Below, piece by piece: positions 20,681-30,452 of a stretch of 64,000 nt of DNA; positions within the stretch are counted from its first letter, which is position 1; every line of letters starts with the position of its first letter. The DNA lies in NCBI GenBank assembly GCA_945860865.1, contig CAMARW010000005.1:4364-68363 (forward strand), given 5' to 3'. Position numbers and translations under genes: made by a program. The stretch comes from Chitinophaga pinensis (GTDB taxonomy: Bacteria; Bacteroidota; Bacteroidia; UKL13-3). The notes under the pieces were generated by a model. That model searched no databases, was not told the DNA's origin, and worked only from the letters and a program-made list of their open reading frames with translations.

Positions 20681-21475
20681 ATGGCATCAAAATTAGATAT
20701 ATTTGATAATAAGTGGGTTGAACTAATATTCAACAACCGTAACAAAGAATATGGTGCTTATGTATTGCGTAAAAAAGGGGATGAATACACTATTAAGGGT
20801 ATCGTTTTATCTGTTGTTTTGTTTACCTTAACAATATCAGCACCCGTTATTATTAACTACTTTAAATCAAAATTGGCAGTAGAAAACGAAGTTAAAGTTA
20901 CAGATGTAACCACTTTAGAAGAACCGCCACCCATTGATAAAAATGAACCACCTCCACCCCCAACGGAGCCACCGCCACCTTTAAAAAGTACGGTGAAGTT
21001 TACGCCACCAGAAATTAAGCCCGATCAAGAGGTGCCAGATGAAGAACCACCTCCCATTCAGGAAGAAATGAAGGATAAAGATGCTGGTGTTAAAACAGAA
21101 GAAGGTAACCCAGATGGGGTTGATGCCAGTTTAGCAGCTGGTGATGGTGATGGAAATGAGATTTTAACATTTGCAGAGCAAATGCCTGAATTTGCTGGGG
21201 GAATTGAGGAGATGTATAAATTCCTTGGTAAAAATATTATGTACCCAGCTCAAGCAAGAGAAAATAGTCAAGAAGGAAAAGTTGTTTTTACTTTTGTAGT
21301 AGGAGTAGATGGGAAGATTTCTCAAATTGAACAAGTTGGAAGAAAATTAGGTTGGGGTTTAGATGAGGAAGCAATTCGTGTAATAAAAAATATGCCACCT
21401 TGGACTCCTGGTAAGCAAAATGGAAAAGCCGTTACGGTTAAATTTACTTTGCCTATCAAATTCCAATTAAACTAA
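20681..21475 (+). CDS. tonB: energy transducer TonB
   Basis: 264 aa. N-terminal transmembrane anchor, a proline-rich spacer (PPPPPTEPPPP), and a C-terminal TonB_C domain. Confidence 0.8.
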   Translation: MASKLDIFDNKWVELIFNNRNKEYGAYVLRKKGDEYTIKGIVLSVVLFTLTISAPVIINYFKSKLAVENEVKVTDVTTLEEPPPIDKNEPPPPPTEPPPPLKSTVKFTPPEIKPDQEVPDEEPPPIQEEMKDKDAGVKTEEGNPDGVDASLAAGDGDGNEILTFAEQMPEFAGGIEEMYKFLGKNIMYPAQARENSQEGKVVFTFVVGVDGKISQIEQVGRKLGWGLDEEAIRVIKNMPPWTPGKQNGKAVTVKFTLPIKFQLN

Positions 21476-21487
21476 GTTAATTAATCA

Positions 21488-21542
21488 AGGCCTGAACCTG
21501 CCCAATCATTTTGCTTGCAATAGATTAGGTAGGTTCAGGCCT
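21488..21542 (+). terminator. perfect 12-bp inverted repeat (AGGCCTGAACCT/AGGTTCAGGCCT) with a 31-nt loop after the tonB stop
   Basis: Read directly from the sequence. It is followed by TATGTTTT. The loop is longer than in a canonical intrinsic terminator, so its function is uncertain. Confidence 0.4.
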
Positions 21543-21555
21543 TATGTTTTAAAAT

Positions 21556-21777
21556 ATGAACGAGAAACTAGAGGAAATCAGAGAAAAAAGAGATACTAAA
21601 GTAGGGTCTATTTTTAAATATTTCAGCGCCATCATGGGATTCTTTTACATGCTATTTGGTGTAGTTTTCTACTTTTTCCCATTTGTAGAAAAAATAGATG
21701 TTTGGGCTAAAATTGGGGTTAGCGCCGTTTTGTTTTTATATGGTGCATTCAGATTAAAAAGAGCTTTGTGGAAATGA
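21556..21777 (+). CDS. hypothetical small membrane protein
   Basis: 73 aa with two predicted transmembrane helices. It overlaps the next gene's start by 10 nt. It may not be a real gene. Confidence 0.35.
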   Translation: MNEKLEEIREKRDTKVGSIFKYFSAIMGFFYMLFGVVFYFFPFVEKIDVWAKIGVSAVLFLYGAFRLKRALWK

Positions 21778-22703
21778 AAAATATTTTTGGCTTCCTGGTT
21801 TTGGTTATCCTTTTGGCTTGCAACAACGAGCCTGCTAAAGATAGTTTAGATACCCCTACAAGTGGAGAAATTACCGTAAGTTGTGATGAAAGTTTAAAGC
21901 CTATTATTGAAGCAGAACAAATGGTTTTTGAGCAATTGCATCCCAATGCAAAAGTAAAAATGGTATACCTAAGTGAGTTTGATGCCATTCAATATATGTT
22001 AAAAGACAGCGCACGATTAGCTATTGTAACCCGAGAATTAAATGAAAGTGAACTGGCTGTTTTAAAAGACCAAAAAATTAGTAAAGCGCGTTACCACAAG
22101 ATTGGCTATGATGCCATAGCCTTCATTTTAAATCCAGAAAATAAAGATACCAGCTTTTCATTAGCTCAAATTAATGGTTTATTGAGCGGACAAATTACTG
22201 AATGGAAACAGATTTCTGCTCAGTCTAAGTTAGGGAAAATACAAGTAGTATTTGATCATCCTAAATCAGGTTCGATTAGGTATTTAGAAGACAGTGTTTT
22301 GAAAGGCAGTGCTATGGGTAAAAATTGTTTCGCCTTGCAAAATAATCCTGCCGTGTTGGATTATGTGCAACAAAATAAAAACGCTATTGGTATTATTGGG
22401 GTAAGTTGGATTAGCGATTTAGATGATACACAAGCTAAGTTTTTTCTAAATAATATAAAAGTTGCTGAGATAGAACCTATACTTATGCGGGTAGCCGGGA
22501 TAACTAATAAACCAATACAAGGAAATATAGCCTTAAAGCAATATCCTTATTGGAGAAATATAAAAGTTGTAAGCAGAGAAATGCGCTCTGGACTTGGCAC
22601 AGGCTTTGCTAGTTTTATGGAAAGTGAACCTGGACAAAAGATTATATTAAAAGGTGGGCTTGTACCACAACGATCATCAATTAGAACAATCAATTTAAAT
22701 TAA
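21768..22703 (+). CDS. PstS-like phosphate ABC transporter substrate-binding protein
   Basis: 311 aa with a lipoprotein-type N-terminus (LLACNN). A PBP-like protein commonly follows exbBD-tonB in Bacteroidota. Confidence 0.7.
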   Translation: MEMKNIFGFLVLVILLACNNEPAKDSLDTPTSGEITVSCDESLKPIIEAEQMVFEQLHPNAKVKMVYLSEFDAIQYMLKDSARLAIVTRELNESELAVLKDQKISKARYHKIGYDAIAFILNPENKDTSFSLAQINGLLSGQITEWKQISAQSKLGKIQVVFDHPKSGSIRYLEDSVLKGSAMGKNCFALQNNPAVLDYVQQNKNAIGIIGVSWISDLDDTQAKFFLNNIKVAEIEPILMRVAGITNKPIQGNIALKQYPYWRNIKVVSREMRSGLGTGFASFMESEPGQKIILKGGLVPQRSSIRTINLN

Positions 22704-22708
22704 GCATT

Positions 22709-24343
22709 ATGGGAAAGAGAATAATAGGATTTATAGGGGCAGTAATAGTATGTTTTGCCCTTCAAGCTCAAACTTTACAAGAAGGTTTGAGATTTATTGA
22801 TTCAGAAAAATACGAGGCATCTCGTGATTTATTTGGTAAATTAAAAATCACTGAACCTAAAAATGGTGATAATTGGTTTTACTTGGGTCAATCTTATATT
22901 TACCTTCTTCAAAATGATTCGGCCAAGGCAAGTTTTGAAATGGGTATTCAGCAAGCACCTACCAATCCAGCAAATTATGCTGGCTTAGGTGAATTGGAGT
23001 TAATTGCAGAAAATAAAACCGCAGCAAAAGTTCACTTTGATAAGGCACTTAGCTTTAGTAAAAACCGCGCAGGTGTATTTACAGATATACGTGCCATTGC
23101 CTTAGTTGCTGGTAGCATGGCCAATGCTAACCTTAAAATGTTAGATGAAGCAGAGGCTTTAATTAAAATGGGTTTTGAACAAGATAGAAAAAACTATGAT
23201 TTATTAATTGCTGGTGGAGATGTATATTTAGAAAGAAACGATGGGGGTAATGCAGCCACTTTTTATGAGCGCGCCATTGCTATAGATACTATAAATCCGA
23301 AAGCTTATGTGCGTGTTTCTAACATTTGGATTCGTGTAAAAAACTTTGAACAAGCACAATTTGATTTGAATAGGGCTTTTGAAAAGGATCCTAATTATGC
23401 ACAAGGCTGGAAATACCAAGCAGAATTATATTATGCGCAAAGAAAATTTGCTTTGGCTAAGGAAGCTTATAAAAAATATTTAGAATTTTCTGAACCTAGT
23501 ATTGCCAACCAAGTTAGGTTTGTTAGGATTTTGTTTTTAAGCAAAGCCTACGATGAAGCACTCGAAAGAATTGATAGTGTTTTAGCCATGGATAAAAATA
23601 ATTTACTGCTTAACAGGTTAAGGGCATTTTCTATTGCTGAAGTTTTGGAGGGAAAAAATAATCCTGAGCAAGCCAAGAGTGCTATTTCGTCTTTAAACTT
23701 TTATTTAACCAATGTTGATCCTAAGAAAATTATTGGTGCTGATTTTGAATACCTAGCAAAACTTTTGATTAAAACGGGTAACAATGATTCTGCTGCCATT
23801 GCCAATTTTAAGAAAGCAATGGAAATGAGTCCGAATAACATTAATATATACACAGACCTTGCCAAAGCGTATAATAAAATGCGCTTATTTGATAGCGCTG
23901 CGCTGTGCTACGAAAATTATATTGCCGTTTCTAGAAAGGTTACTGCCGCTGATCATTTTTTGCATGGTAAGGCTTTGTATTATGCCAAACAATATGCTAA
24001 ATCAGATTCTGCTTTTGTACGTGTAACTGAGATTAAACCAGACTATCCAGATTCTTATTTGTGGAGAGGTAATTGTTTATCTGGCCTAGATTTAGATTTT
24101 AAAACTGATGCGCCTAAAGTACAATATGAAAAGTATATAGAGCTTTTAATGGTAGACCCAGAGAAGTTTGAAACGAGCTTAAAAGTAAAGAATAAAATTG
24201 GTTTAATCAACGCATATACATACCTTGGATACTATAACTTAAACAAGGATAAAAATGTTGAAGCAAAAGAATTCTACAAAAAAGTTATCGATCTAGACCC
24301 TAATAATGCTGAAGCTAAAAAGGTTTTAGCCGACAAAAAATAA
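22709..24343 (+). CDS. tetratricopeptide repeat protein
   Basis: 544 aa with a signal peptide and multiple TPR-like repeats. Confidence 0.8.
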   Translation: MGKRIIGFIGAVIVCFALQAQTLQEGLRFIDSEKYEASRDLFGKLKITEPKNGDNWFYLGQSYIYLLQNDSAKASFEMGIQQAPTNPANYAGLGELELIAENKTAAKVHFDKALSFSKNRAGVFTDIRAIALVAGSMANANLKMLDEAEALIKMGFEQDRKNYDLLIAGGDVYLERNDGGNAATFYERAIAIDTINPKAYVRVSNIWIRVKNFEQAQFDLNRAFEKDPNYAQGWKYQAELYYAQRKFALAKEAYKKYLEFSEPSIANQVRFVRILFLSKAYDEALERIDSVLAMDKNNLLLNRLRAFSIAEVLEGKNNPEQAKSAISSLNFYLTNVDPKKIIGADFEYLAKLLIKTGNNDSAAIANFKKAMEMSPNNINIYTDLAKAYNKMRLFDSAALCYENYIAVSRKVTAADHFLHGKALYYAKQYAKSDSAFVRVTEIKPDYPDSYLWRGNCLSGLDLDFKTDAPKVQYEKYIELLMVDPEKFETSLKVKNKIGLINAYTYLGYYNLNKDKNVEAKEFYKKVIDLDPNNAEAKKVLADKK

Positions 24344-24345
24344 GG

Positions 24346-25026
24346 TTACCACATATCTAAATCCTCATAATTAAATGGACCGGATATGGCTATACCCACA
24401 AATACAGATTGTGGTCTATGGTCATATCCTACATTTAATACTACTCTTTTAAAAACAGGTACAAATATTCCAAATCCGAAATTTAATTTAAATTTTTGGT
24501 AGTCTTTTTCATCCAGCCAAATGGTTTCACCGGGTGATAAATAAATGGGTTGAAATTCGGATAAAATAACTCTGTTTGCTATACCCATCCCAAAATAAAC
24601 TGGGATTTTCTGTGTAATGGGAATAACATAGTTTAGGTTTAAATTTAACAAGTAAAATTCTTTTTGCTTGCCCGTTTGCCAATTGTTTCTGCGCGCTAAT
24701 GTAATATCTAAGCCTGATTTATTTCCAGAAAAACCCTCTCTTATAGTTGGCAAATCTGCCCTCCAACTTATTCCAAAACCGTGTCTTCTATAGCCTACAT
24801 GGTTTCCTCCCACAATTAATTTATTGGCAGGAAAAACTCCCACGCCCAGCGAATTATATACAACAGGTTTTCCTTTTTGACTACTTTTATGCTCCTTTTC
24901 TATTGCTGTAAAATGGGTTTGAACCAAGTTTTGGTTCAGGCCGAGATAGGGCGAAAACAAAAAGAAGGCAAAACCAAGGATTGGCTTGGATGCATAGAAT
25001 GTTGAGAATAAGTTTATTTTTGCCAT
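24346..25026 (-). CDS. hypothetical membrane or outer-membrane protein
   Basis: The track ORF runs to 25140 and overlaps trmD. The start MAKINLF at 25026 removes that overlap and sits 4 nt from the divergent trmD ATG. The protein is hydrophobic at the N-terminus and rich in Gly and aromatic residues. Confidence 0.5.
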   Translation of the reverse strand: MAKINLFSTFYASKPILGFAFFLFSPYLGLNQNLVQTHFTAIEKEHKSSQKGKPVVYNSLGVGVFPANKLIVGGNHVGYRRHGFGISWRADLPTIREGFSGNKSGLDITLARRNNWQTGKQKEFYLLNLNLNYVIPITQKIPVYFGMGIANRVILSEFQPIYLSPGETIWLDEKDYQKFKLNFGFGIFVPVFKRVVLNVGYDHRPQSVFVGIAISGPFNYEDLDMW

Positions 25027-25030
25027 TGCT

Positions 25031-25705
25031 ATGCAAGTTGATGTTTTAACTTTATTTCCCCAAATTTTTAACGGGCCTTTTTCTGAATCCATCATTAAAC
25101 GTGCCATTGAACGTAAATTGGTTTCCATTAACTTACACAATGTTAGGGATTATTCTTTGTCTAAACACAAGAATGTAGACGATTATCCTTTTGGTGGTGG
25201 CGCCGGAATGGTGATGCAAATTGAACCGATTCACAGGTGTATAGATGCCTTAAAAGAACAAGGTTCTTATGATGAGGTTATTTATATGAGTCCAGATGGG
25301 GAACCTTTTACGCAGAAAATTGCCAATGAATTATCTACGAAAAATAAGCTCATTTTTTTGTGTGGCCACTATAAAGGGGTAGATGAGCGCGTACGCGAAC
25401 ATCTGGTAACGCGCGAATTAAGCTTGGGAGATTTTGTACTTACAGGTGGTGAAATTGCCGCTGCTGCCATGATAGATGCCATAGTACGTTTAATACCTGG
25501 CACCCTCAACGATGAAACTTCGGCCCTAAGCGATTCGTTCCAAGATGATTTAATTAGTCCGCCCGTATACACCCGCCCAGCAGATTATAATGGTTGGAAG
25601 GTTCCGGAAGTTTTATTGTCTGGTCACCAAGCTAAAATTGATGAATGGCGCCATGAGCAAAGTTTGGCTCGAACCAAAGAAAGACGCCCTAATTTAGGAG
25701 AGTAG
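25031..25705 (+). CDS. trmD: tRNA (guanine37-N1)-methyltransferase
   Basis: 224 aa. TrmD SPOUT signature (VDVLTLFPQ...FGGGAGMVM). Confidence 0.95.
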   Translation: MQVDVLTLFPQIFNGPFSESIIKRAIERKLVSINLHNVRDYSLSKHKNVDDYPFGGGAGMVMQIEPIHRCIDALKEQGSYDEVIYMSPDGEPFTQKIANELSTKNKLIFLCGHYKGVDERVREHLVTRELSLGDFVLTGGEIAAAAMIDAIVRLIPGTLNDETSALSDSFQDDLISPPVYTRPADYNGWKVPEVLLSGHQAKIDEWRHEQSLARTKERRPNLGE

Positions 25706-25709
25706 TGTT

Positions 25710-25812
25710 TATGGTCCATGGTCCATAGACCAATTGAATTAAATTTTATTGTATAAGCATCTGTAATACAATGACTATGGACTATGGACTATGGGCCATG
25801 GACTTTTTTTTT
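25710..25812. repeat. inverted pair of heptamer-repeat arms with a T-run
   Basis: Left arm TATGGTCCATGGTCCATAGACC at 25710-25731. Right arm GACTATGGACTATGGACTATGGGCCATGGAC at 25773-25803, which is the reverse-complement orientation of (GTCCATA)n. A 41-nt spacer separates them. Nine T residues follow at 25804-25812, so the element is likely also a trmD terminator. Confidence 0.75.
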
Positions 25813-25880
25813 AGCTTCTCTTTTGTATTTAAATGAAAAAGTCTATTTTCGCAGTCCGATTTTTAGAAAAGAATAGCAAC

Positions 25881-26228
25881 ATGGACGCAATAAAATTTGT
25901 AGAGCAAGAATTTACACAAGGAAAAACTTTCCCGGCATTTGCCGCTGGAGATACCATTAACGTACACTATAAAATTCGTGAAGGCGCAAAAGAGCGTATT
26001 CAGCAATACCAAGGTGTAGTAATTCAACGCAGAAATGCAGGTTTAAGCGAAACTGTTACAGTGCGTAAAATTTCTAATGGTGTAGGTGTAGAGCGTATTT
26101 TTCCATTATACAGCTTAAACATTGATAAAATAGAATTAGTAATGCGTGGTAAAGTCCGCAGAGCTCGTTTGTTTTACTTACGTGAAGCTAAGGGTAAAAA
26201 TGCTAAGATTAAAGAAAGAAGAGGGTAA
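25881..26228 (+). CDS. rplS: 50S ribosomal protein L19
   Basis: 115 aa from the ATG at 25881 ([11 protein letters not shown]). The track ORF starts at 25833. L19 family. Confidence 0.95.
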   Translation: MDAIKFVEQEFTQGKTFPAFAAGDTINVHYKIREGAKERIQQYQGVVIQRRNAGLSETVTVRKISNGVGVERIFPLYSLNIDKIELVMRGKVRRARLFYLREAKGKNAKIKERRG

Positions 26229-26250
26229 AAATTAAATAACTTAAGCAATA

Positions 26251-26290
26251 GACCCCGGCTCATTCATTTGGGTCGGGGTTTTTGTTTGAA
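26251..26290 (+). terminator. rho-independent terminator of rplS
   Basis: Stem GACCCCG...CGGGGTC with a loop, followed by TTTTTGTTTG. Confidence 0.7.
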
Positions 26291-26292
26291 AT

Positions 26293-26416
26293 GCATAGTC
26301 CATAGACCATAGTCCATGGATTACAGGCGATAGTTATAGATTTGATGCAAAGAGAAACGGATTAAAAAATCATAGAAAAACAAAAACTATGGTCTATGGT
26401 CTATGGACTATCGACC
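26293..26416. repeat. inverted pair of heptamer-repeat arms flanking a 66-nt spacer
   Basis: Left arm GCATAGTCCATAGACCATAGTCCATGGA at 26293-26320. Right arm CTATGGTCTATGGTCTATGGACTATCGACC at 26387-26416. It lies between the rplS terminator and the valS start. Confidence 0.75.
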
Positions 26417-26440
26417 AAAAAAGAGATCAACTACCAAAAA

Positions 26441-29086
26441 ATGAACGAATTAGCAAAAACATATACGCCACAAGATTTTGAAGATAAGTGGTATGCTTAT
26501 TGGTTAAACCAAAAGTTTTTTCATGCCGAGCCCAATCCGGATAAAGAGCCATATACTATTGTAATTCCGCCGCCAAATGTTACGGGAGTTTTGCATATGG
26601 GCCATATGCTTAATAATACCATTCAAGACGTTTTGGTGCGCAGGGCCCGCATGCAAGGTAAAAATGCCTGCTGGGTGCCTGGAACAGACCATGCTTCTAT
26701 TGCTACAGAAGCCAAGGTTGTTCAATTATTGCGTGAACAAGGAATTAAAAAATCTGATTTAAGTAGAGAAGATTTTTTAAAGCATGCCTACTCTTGGAAA
26801 GAAAAGTATGGTGGAATTATCTTAGAACAGCTTAAAAAGTTAGGTGCTAGTTGCGACTGGGATAGAACACGTTTTACGATGGAACCTAAGTTAAGCGAGG
26901 CTGTTATTGATGTGTTTATTGATATGTACAATAAGGGCTTAATATACCGTGGTTTGCGCATGGTAAATTGGGATCCGCAGGGTAAAACAGCCTTGAGTGA
27001 TGAAGAAGTAATACACAAAGAAGTACAATCTAAGTTATATTATATCAAGTATTTTATGGCAGATGGCAGCGGTAATTATGTTACCATTGCTACCACTAGG
27101 CCAGAGACTATATTGGCTGATGTGGCTATTTGCGTTCATCCTTCAGATGAGCGCTATAAACACCTATTAGGTCAAAAATGCTTGGTTCCATTTATCCATA
27201 GAGAGATTCCAATTATAGCCGATGAATATATAGATCCAGCTTTTGGTACAGGTTGTTTAAAGGTAACACCCGCGCACGATCCAAATGATTATCTTATAGG
27301 ACAAAAGCATGGTTTAGAGGTAATTGATGTATTAAATGAGGATGGGTTTTTAAATGAAAATGCACTGGATGCCAGGTATATTGGTAAAGATAGATTTGCA
27401 GTTAGGAAGCAAATTGCCATTGATTTAGAGGAAGCCGGACATATTGAAAAAATTGAGGAACACAAAAACCAAGTTGGAACTAGTGAGCGAACGGGCGCTG
27501 TAATAGAGCCACGTTTGAGTTTGCAATGGTGGGTAGATATGAAGAAATTTATGGCCAGAAACCCGCAAGTATTAGATGCGGTAATGAGCGATGAAATTCA
27601 ATTTCACCCGGCTAAAATGAAAAATACCTACAAACACTGGATAGATAATATCAAAGATTGGTGTATTAGCAGGCAGCTTTGGTGGGGACAACAAATTCCG
27701 GCTTGGTACGATGAAAGTGGAAATCTTGTTGCTGTTGCAAAAACCGAAGCCGAAGCCATGGAAGTTTTAAAAGCCAGAGGCCAAGAGCCAATTGCTAACA
27801 GCTTAAAACAAGACGAAGACGTTTTAGACACTTGGTTTAGTTCTTGGTTATGGCCAATTTCTGTGTTTGATGGTTTTGAAGACCCTGAAAATGCAGATAT
27901 TAAACATTTTTATCCAACCAATGATTTAGTTACGGCACCAGAAATTATGTTTTTCTGGGTGTTTAGAATGATCATGGCAGGATACGAATGGCGAGGCGAA
28001 AAACCGTTTAGCAATGTATATTATACCGGTATTGTGAGGGATAAGCAACGCCGAAAAATGAGTAAGTCTTTAGGTAACTCACCCGACCCACTAGACCTTA
28101 TTGCCAAATATGGCGCAGATGGGGTTCGTATGGGCATGTTGCTTTGTTCTCCTGCCGGAAATGATATCTTGTTTGATGACAGTCAGGTTGAGCAAGGAAG
28201 AAATTTTGCCAATAAAATCTGGAATGCGTTTAGGTTGGTAAAAGGCTGGGAAGTGAAGCCAGATAGTGGGTTCAGCCCAGAGATTATTGTGGCCAACCAA
28301 ACCAGTGCGCGTTGGTTTGCAGCTAGGTTACATGATGCTTTGCTTGATATTGAAGAGAAGTACAAAGGATACCGATTAAGTGAAGCTTTAATGAGCATTT
28401 ACAAACTTATTTGGGACGATTTTTGTGCTTGGTATTTAGAAATGGTGAAGCCAGTTTATGGCGAACCAATGAACGAAAGTACTTACCAAACTACCTTGTC
28501 ATTTTTTGAAGAATTGATGAAGGTTTTGCATCCTTTTATGCCATTTATTACCGAAGAAATTTGGCAAAATATGGCTGAACGCAAAGCGGGTGAATCTATT
28601 TGTGTGGCCAATTACCCTGTGGCTATTGGGGTAAGTGCGCCTGATTTATCGCGTGTTTTTGAAAGCATTCAGCAAATAAGAAACCTTAGAAATGCCAAAG
28701 GATTAAGTCCGAAAGAGGCTTTTGAAATATACATTAAAGCCAAAGATCAAAGCTTATATGCGCCATTTGTTTTCTTGTTAAAAAAATTAGCCAATGTTAG
28801 TGCTATTCATTTTGTAGACGCTCAACCGCAGGGAAGCACCTTGTTACCTGTAGATACCGATGAACTCTTTGTGGTATTAAATTTACAAGTAGATGAAGCC
28901 GCCGAGCGCGAGAAAATGGAAAAGGAAATTGAATACCTAGAAGGTTTCATGAAATCTGTGGATGCCAAGTTAAGCAACGAAAAATTTGTTGCCAACGCCA
29001 AGCCAGAATTGGTAGAAAAAGAGCGTCAGAAAAAAGCAGATGCCGCCGCCAAAATTGAAATATTAAGAAAGAGTTTAGAAGGATAA
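26441..29086 (+). CDS. valS: valine--tRNA ligase
   Basis: Class I aminoacyl-tRNA synthetase motifs HMGH and KMSKS are present. Start chosen at MNELAKTY (26441) rather than the track's 26396, which lies inside the repeat. Confidence 0.97.
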   Translation: MNELAKTYTPQDFEDKWYAYWLNQKFFHAEPNPDKEPYTIVIPPPNVTGVLHMGHMLNNTIQDVLVRRARMQGKNACWVPGTDHASIATEAKVVQLLREQGIKKSDLSREDFLKHAYSWKEKYGGIILEQLKKLGASCDWDRTRFTMEPKLSEAVIDVFIDMYNKGLIYRGLRMVNWDPQGKTALSDEEVIHKEVQSKLYYIKYFMADGSGNYVTIATTRPETILADVAICVHPSDERYKHLLGQKCLVPFIHREIPIIADEYIDPAFGTGCLKVTPAHDPNDYLIGQKHGLEVIDVLNEDGFLNENALDARYIGKDRFAVRKQIAIDLEEAGHIEKIEEHKNQVGTSERTGAVIEPRLSLQWWVDMKKFMARNPQVLDAVMSDEIQFHPAKMKNTYKHWIDNIKDWCISRQLWWGQQIPAWYDESGNLVAVAKTEAEAMEVLKARGQEPIANSLKQDEDVLDTWFSSWLWPISVFDGFEDPENADIKHFYPTNDLVTAPEIMFFWVFRMIMAGYEWRGEKPFSNVYYTGIVRDKQRRKMSKSLGNSPDPLDLIAKYGADGVRMGMLLCSPAGNDILFDDSQVEQGRNFANKIWNAFRLVKGWEVKPDSGFSPEIIVANQTSARWFAARLHDALLDIEEKYKGYRLSEALMSIYKLIWDDFCAWYLEMVKPVYGEPMNESTYQTTLSFFEELMKVLHPFMPFITEEIWQNMAERKAGESICVANYPVAIGVSAPDLSRVFESIQQIRNLRNAKGLSPKEAFEIYIKAKDQSLYAPFVFLLKKLANVSAIHFVDAQPQGSTLLPVDTDELFVVLNLQVDEAAEREKMEKEIEYLEGFMKSVDAKLSNEKFVANAKPELVEKERQKKADAAAKIEILRKSLEG

Positions 29087-29099
29087 AGAAAACGTTATT

Positions 29100-30446
29100 T
29101 TAAAAATCCAAATCCATGCCATCAAAAGTGCCGCTGCTCATAAGCAATAGGTTTTCTTGACCAGAATAGTGCGATACAATAAATGCACGTAATTCGTTTT
29201 TGTCTGTAAATACCTGCACGTTTTCGCCAAAGCCATTGGCAACATCTTCCTTGCTAAGCATAGGCATCTTTTTGATTTCTAGGGCATGTTTGCTAAACAA
29301 AACGGCCCGCACATCTGCCTGGCCCAAGGTGTTTTTATAGTGTGGTAAAAAGTCTTTATTTAAACTGCTATAGGTATGCAATTCATAAATGGCAATGAGT
29401 TTACGATTTGGGTATAACTCGCGCACGGCATTTACGGTTGCTTTAAGCTTAGAAGGGGCATGGGCAAAGTCGCGGAAGATAATACTATCATTATTTTCCT
29501 TTATGGTTTCTAACCTTTTGGCTGTGCCTGTAAACGATTGAATAGCCTCGAAAAATTGCGTTTGGTTCAGGCCAACTTTTAGGCAAGCATGCATGGCGGC
29601 CATCATGTTTTGTAGGTTGTGCGAACCAAAAAACGATAGGGTAGTAGCTTGAGATAATTGGGTAACTTCGCTGTTTAAAATGAACTTGCCATTATGTACT
29701 TCGAAGGCAGGCGTTTGGTAGGCAATTTTATCGCAAGCAGTTTCGGTTTGATCCAAAAGTTTTTTCACCTCTGGGTCTGATTCACAATAGATGATTGCGC
29801 CAGTTTCTGGAATGTCTTGCACAAATTTTTTGAATTGCCATAAGTAATTTTCAAAAGTTGGAAACACATTAATATGATCCCAGGCTATACCGGTTATAAT
29901 GCCAATATCTGCTTGGTAAACATGAAATTTCGGACGTAAATCTAGGGCAGAAGTGAGGTATTCATCTCCTTCAAAAACCGCAATTTTGGAAGTATGGCTG
30001 AACCCAACCATCGTTTCGAACCCAGCTAGTTGGGAGCCTACCAAATAATCAAACTCGTAATTGTGGTGTTTAAGCACATGCAATATCATTGCAGTGGTGC
30101 TGGTTTTACCATGACTACCACCTACCACAATTCTTAATTTATCTTTGGTTTGTTCGTACATATATTCTGGGAAAGAATATATTTTTAGTCCCAATTCTTG
30201 CGCGCGGGCAATCTCTGGATTGTCTTTACGCGCATGCATACCTAAGATAATGGCATCTATGTCTGGTGTTATAAGTTCGGGTTGCCAACCAAATGTATGG
30301 GGTAGCAAACCATAGCTTTTTAAACGAGACAAAGCTGGTTCATAAATTTCATCATCGGTACCTGTTACTTGATAACCTTTTTTGTGTAAAGCAATGGCCA
30401 TATTGTGCATTACCGCACCGCCAATAGATATAAAATGTACGCGCAC
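29100..30446 (-). CDS. mpl: UDP-N-acetylmuramate:L-alanyl-gamma-D-glutamyl-meso-diaminopimelate ligase (murein peptide ligase)
   Basis: 448 aa. Mur ligase family with a MurC/Mpl-like N-terminus and a GSHGKTSTT P-loop. Its length and its position outside a dcw cluster favour Mpl over MurC. Confidence 0.75.
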   Translation of the reverse strand: MRVHFISIGGAVMHNMAIALHKKGYQVTGTDDEIYEPALSRLKSYGLLPHTFGWQPELITPDIDAIILGMHARKDNPEIARAQELGLKIYSFPEYMYEQTKDKLRIVVGGSHGKTSTTAMILHVLKHHNYEFDYLVGSQLAGFETMVGFSHTSKIAVFEGDEYLTSALDLRPKFHVYQADIGIITGIAWDHINVFPTFENYLWQFKKFVQDIPETGAIIYCESDPEVKKLLDQTETACDKIAYQTPAFEVHNGKFILNSEVTQLSQATTLSFFGSHNLQNMMAAMHACLKVGLNQTQFFEAIQSFTGTAKRLETIKENNDSIIFRDFAHAPSKLKATVNAVRELYPNRKLIAIYELHTYSSLNKDFLPHYKNTLGQADVRAVLFSKHALEIKKMPMLSKEDVANGFGENVQVFTDKNELRAFIVSHYSGQENLLLMSSGTFDGMDLDF

Positions 30447-30452
30447 TTTTAT

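Noticed and set aside
24346-25140. Track ORF extending 114 nt past 25026 and overlapping trmD
   Set aside because: The N-terminal 38 codons overlap the divergent trmD start. The internal MAKINLF start at 25026 gives a sensible hydrophobic N-terminus and removes the overlap.
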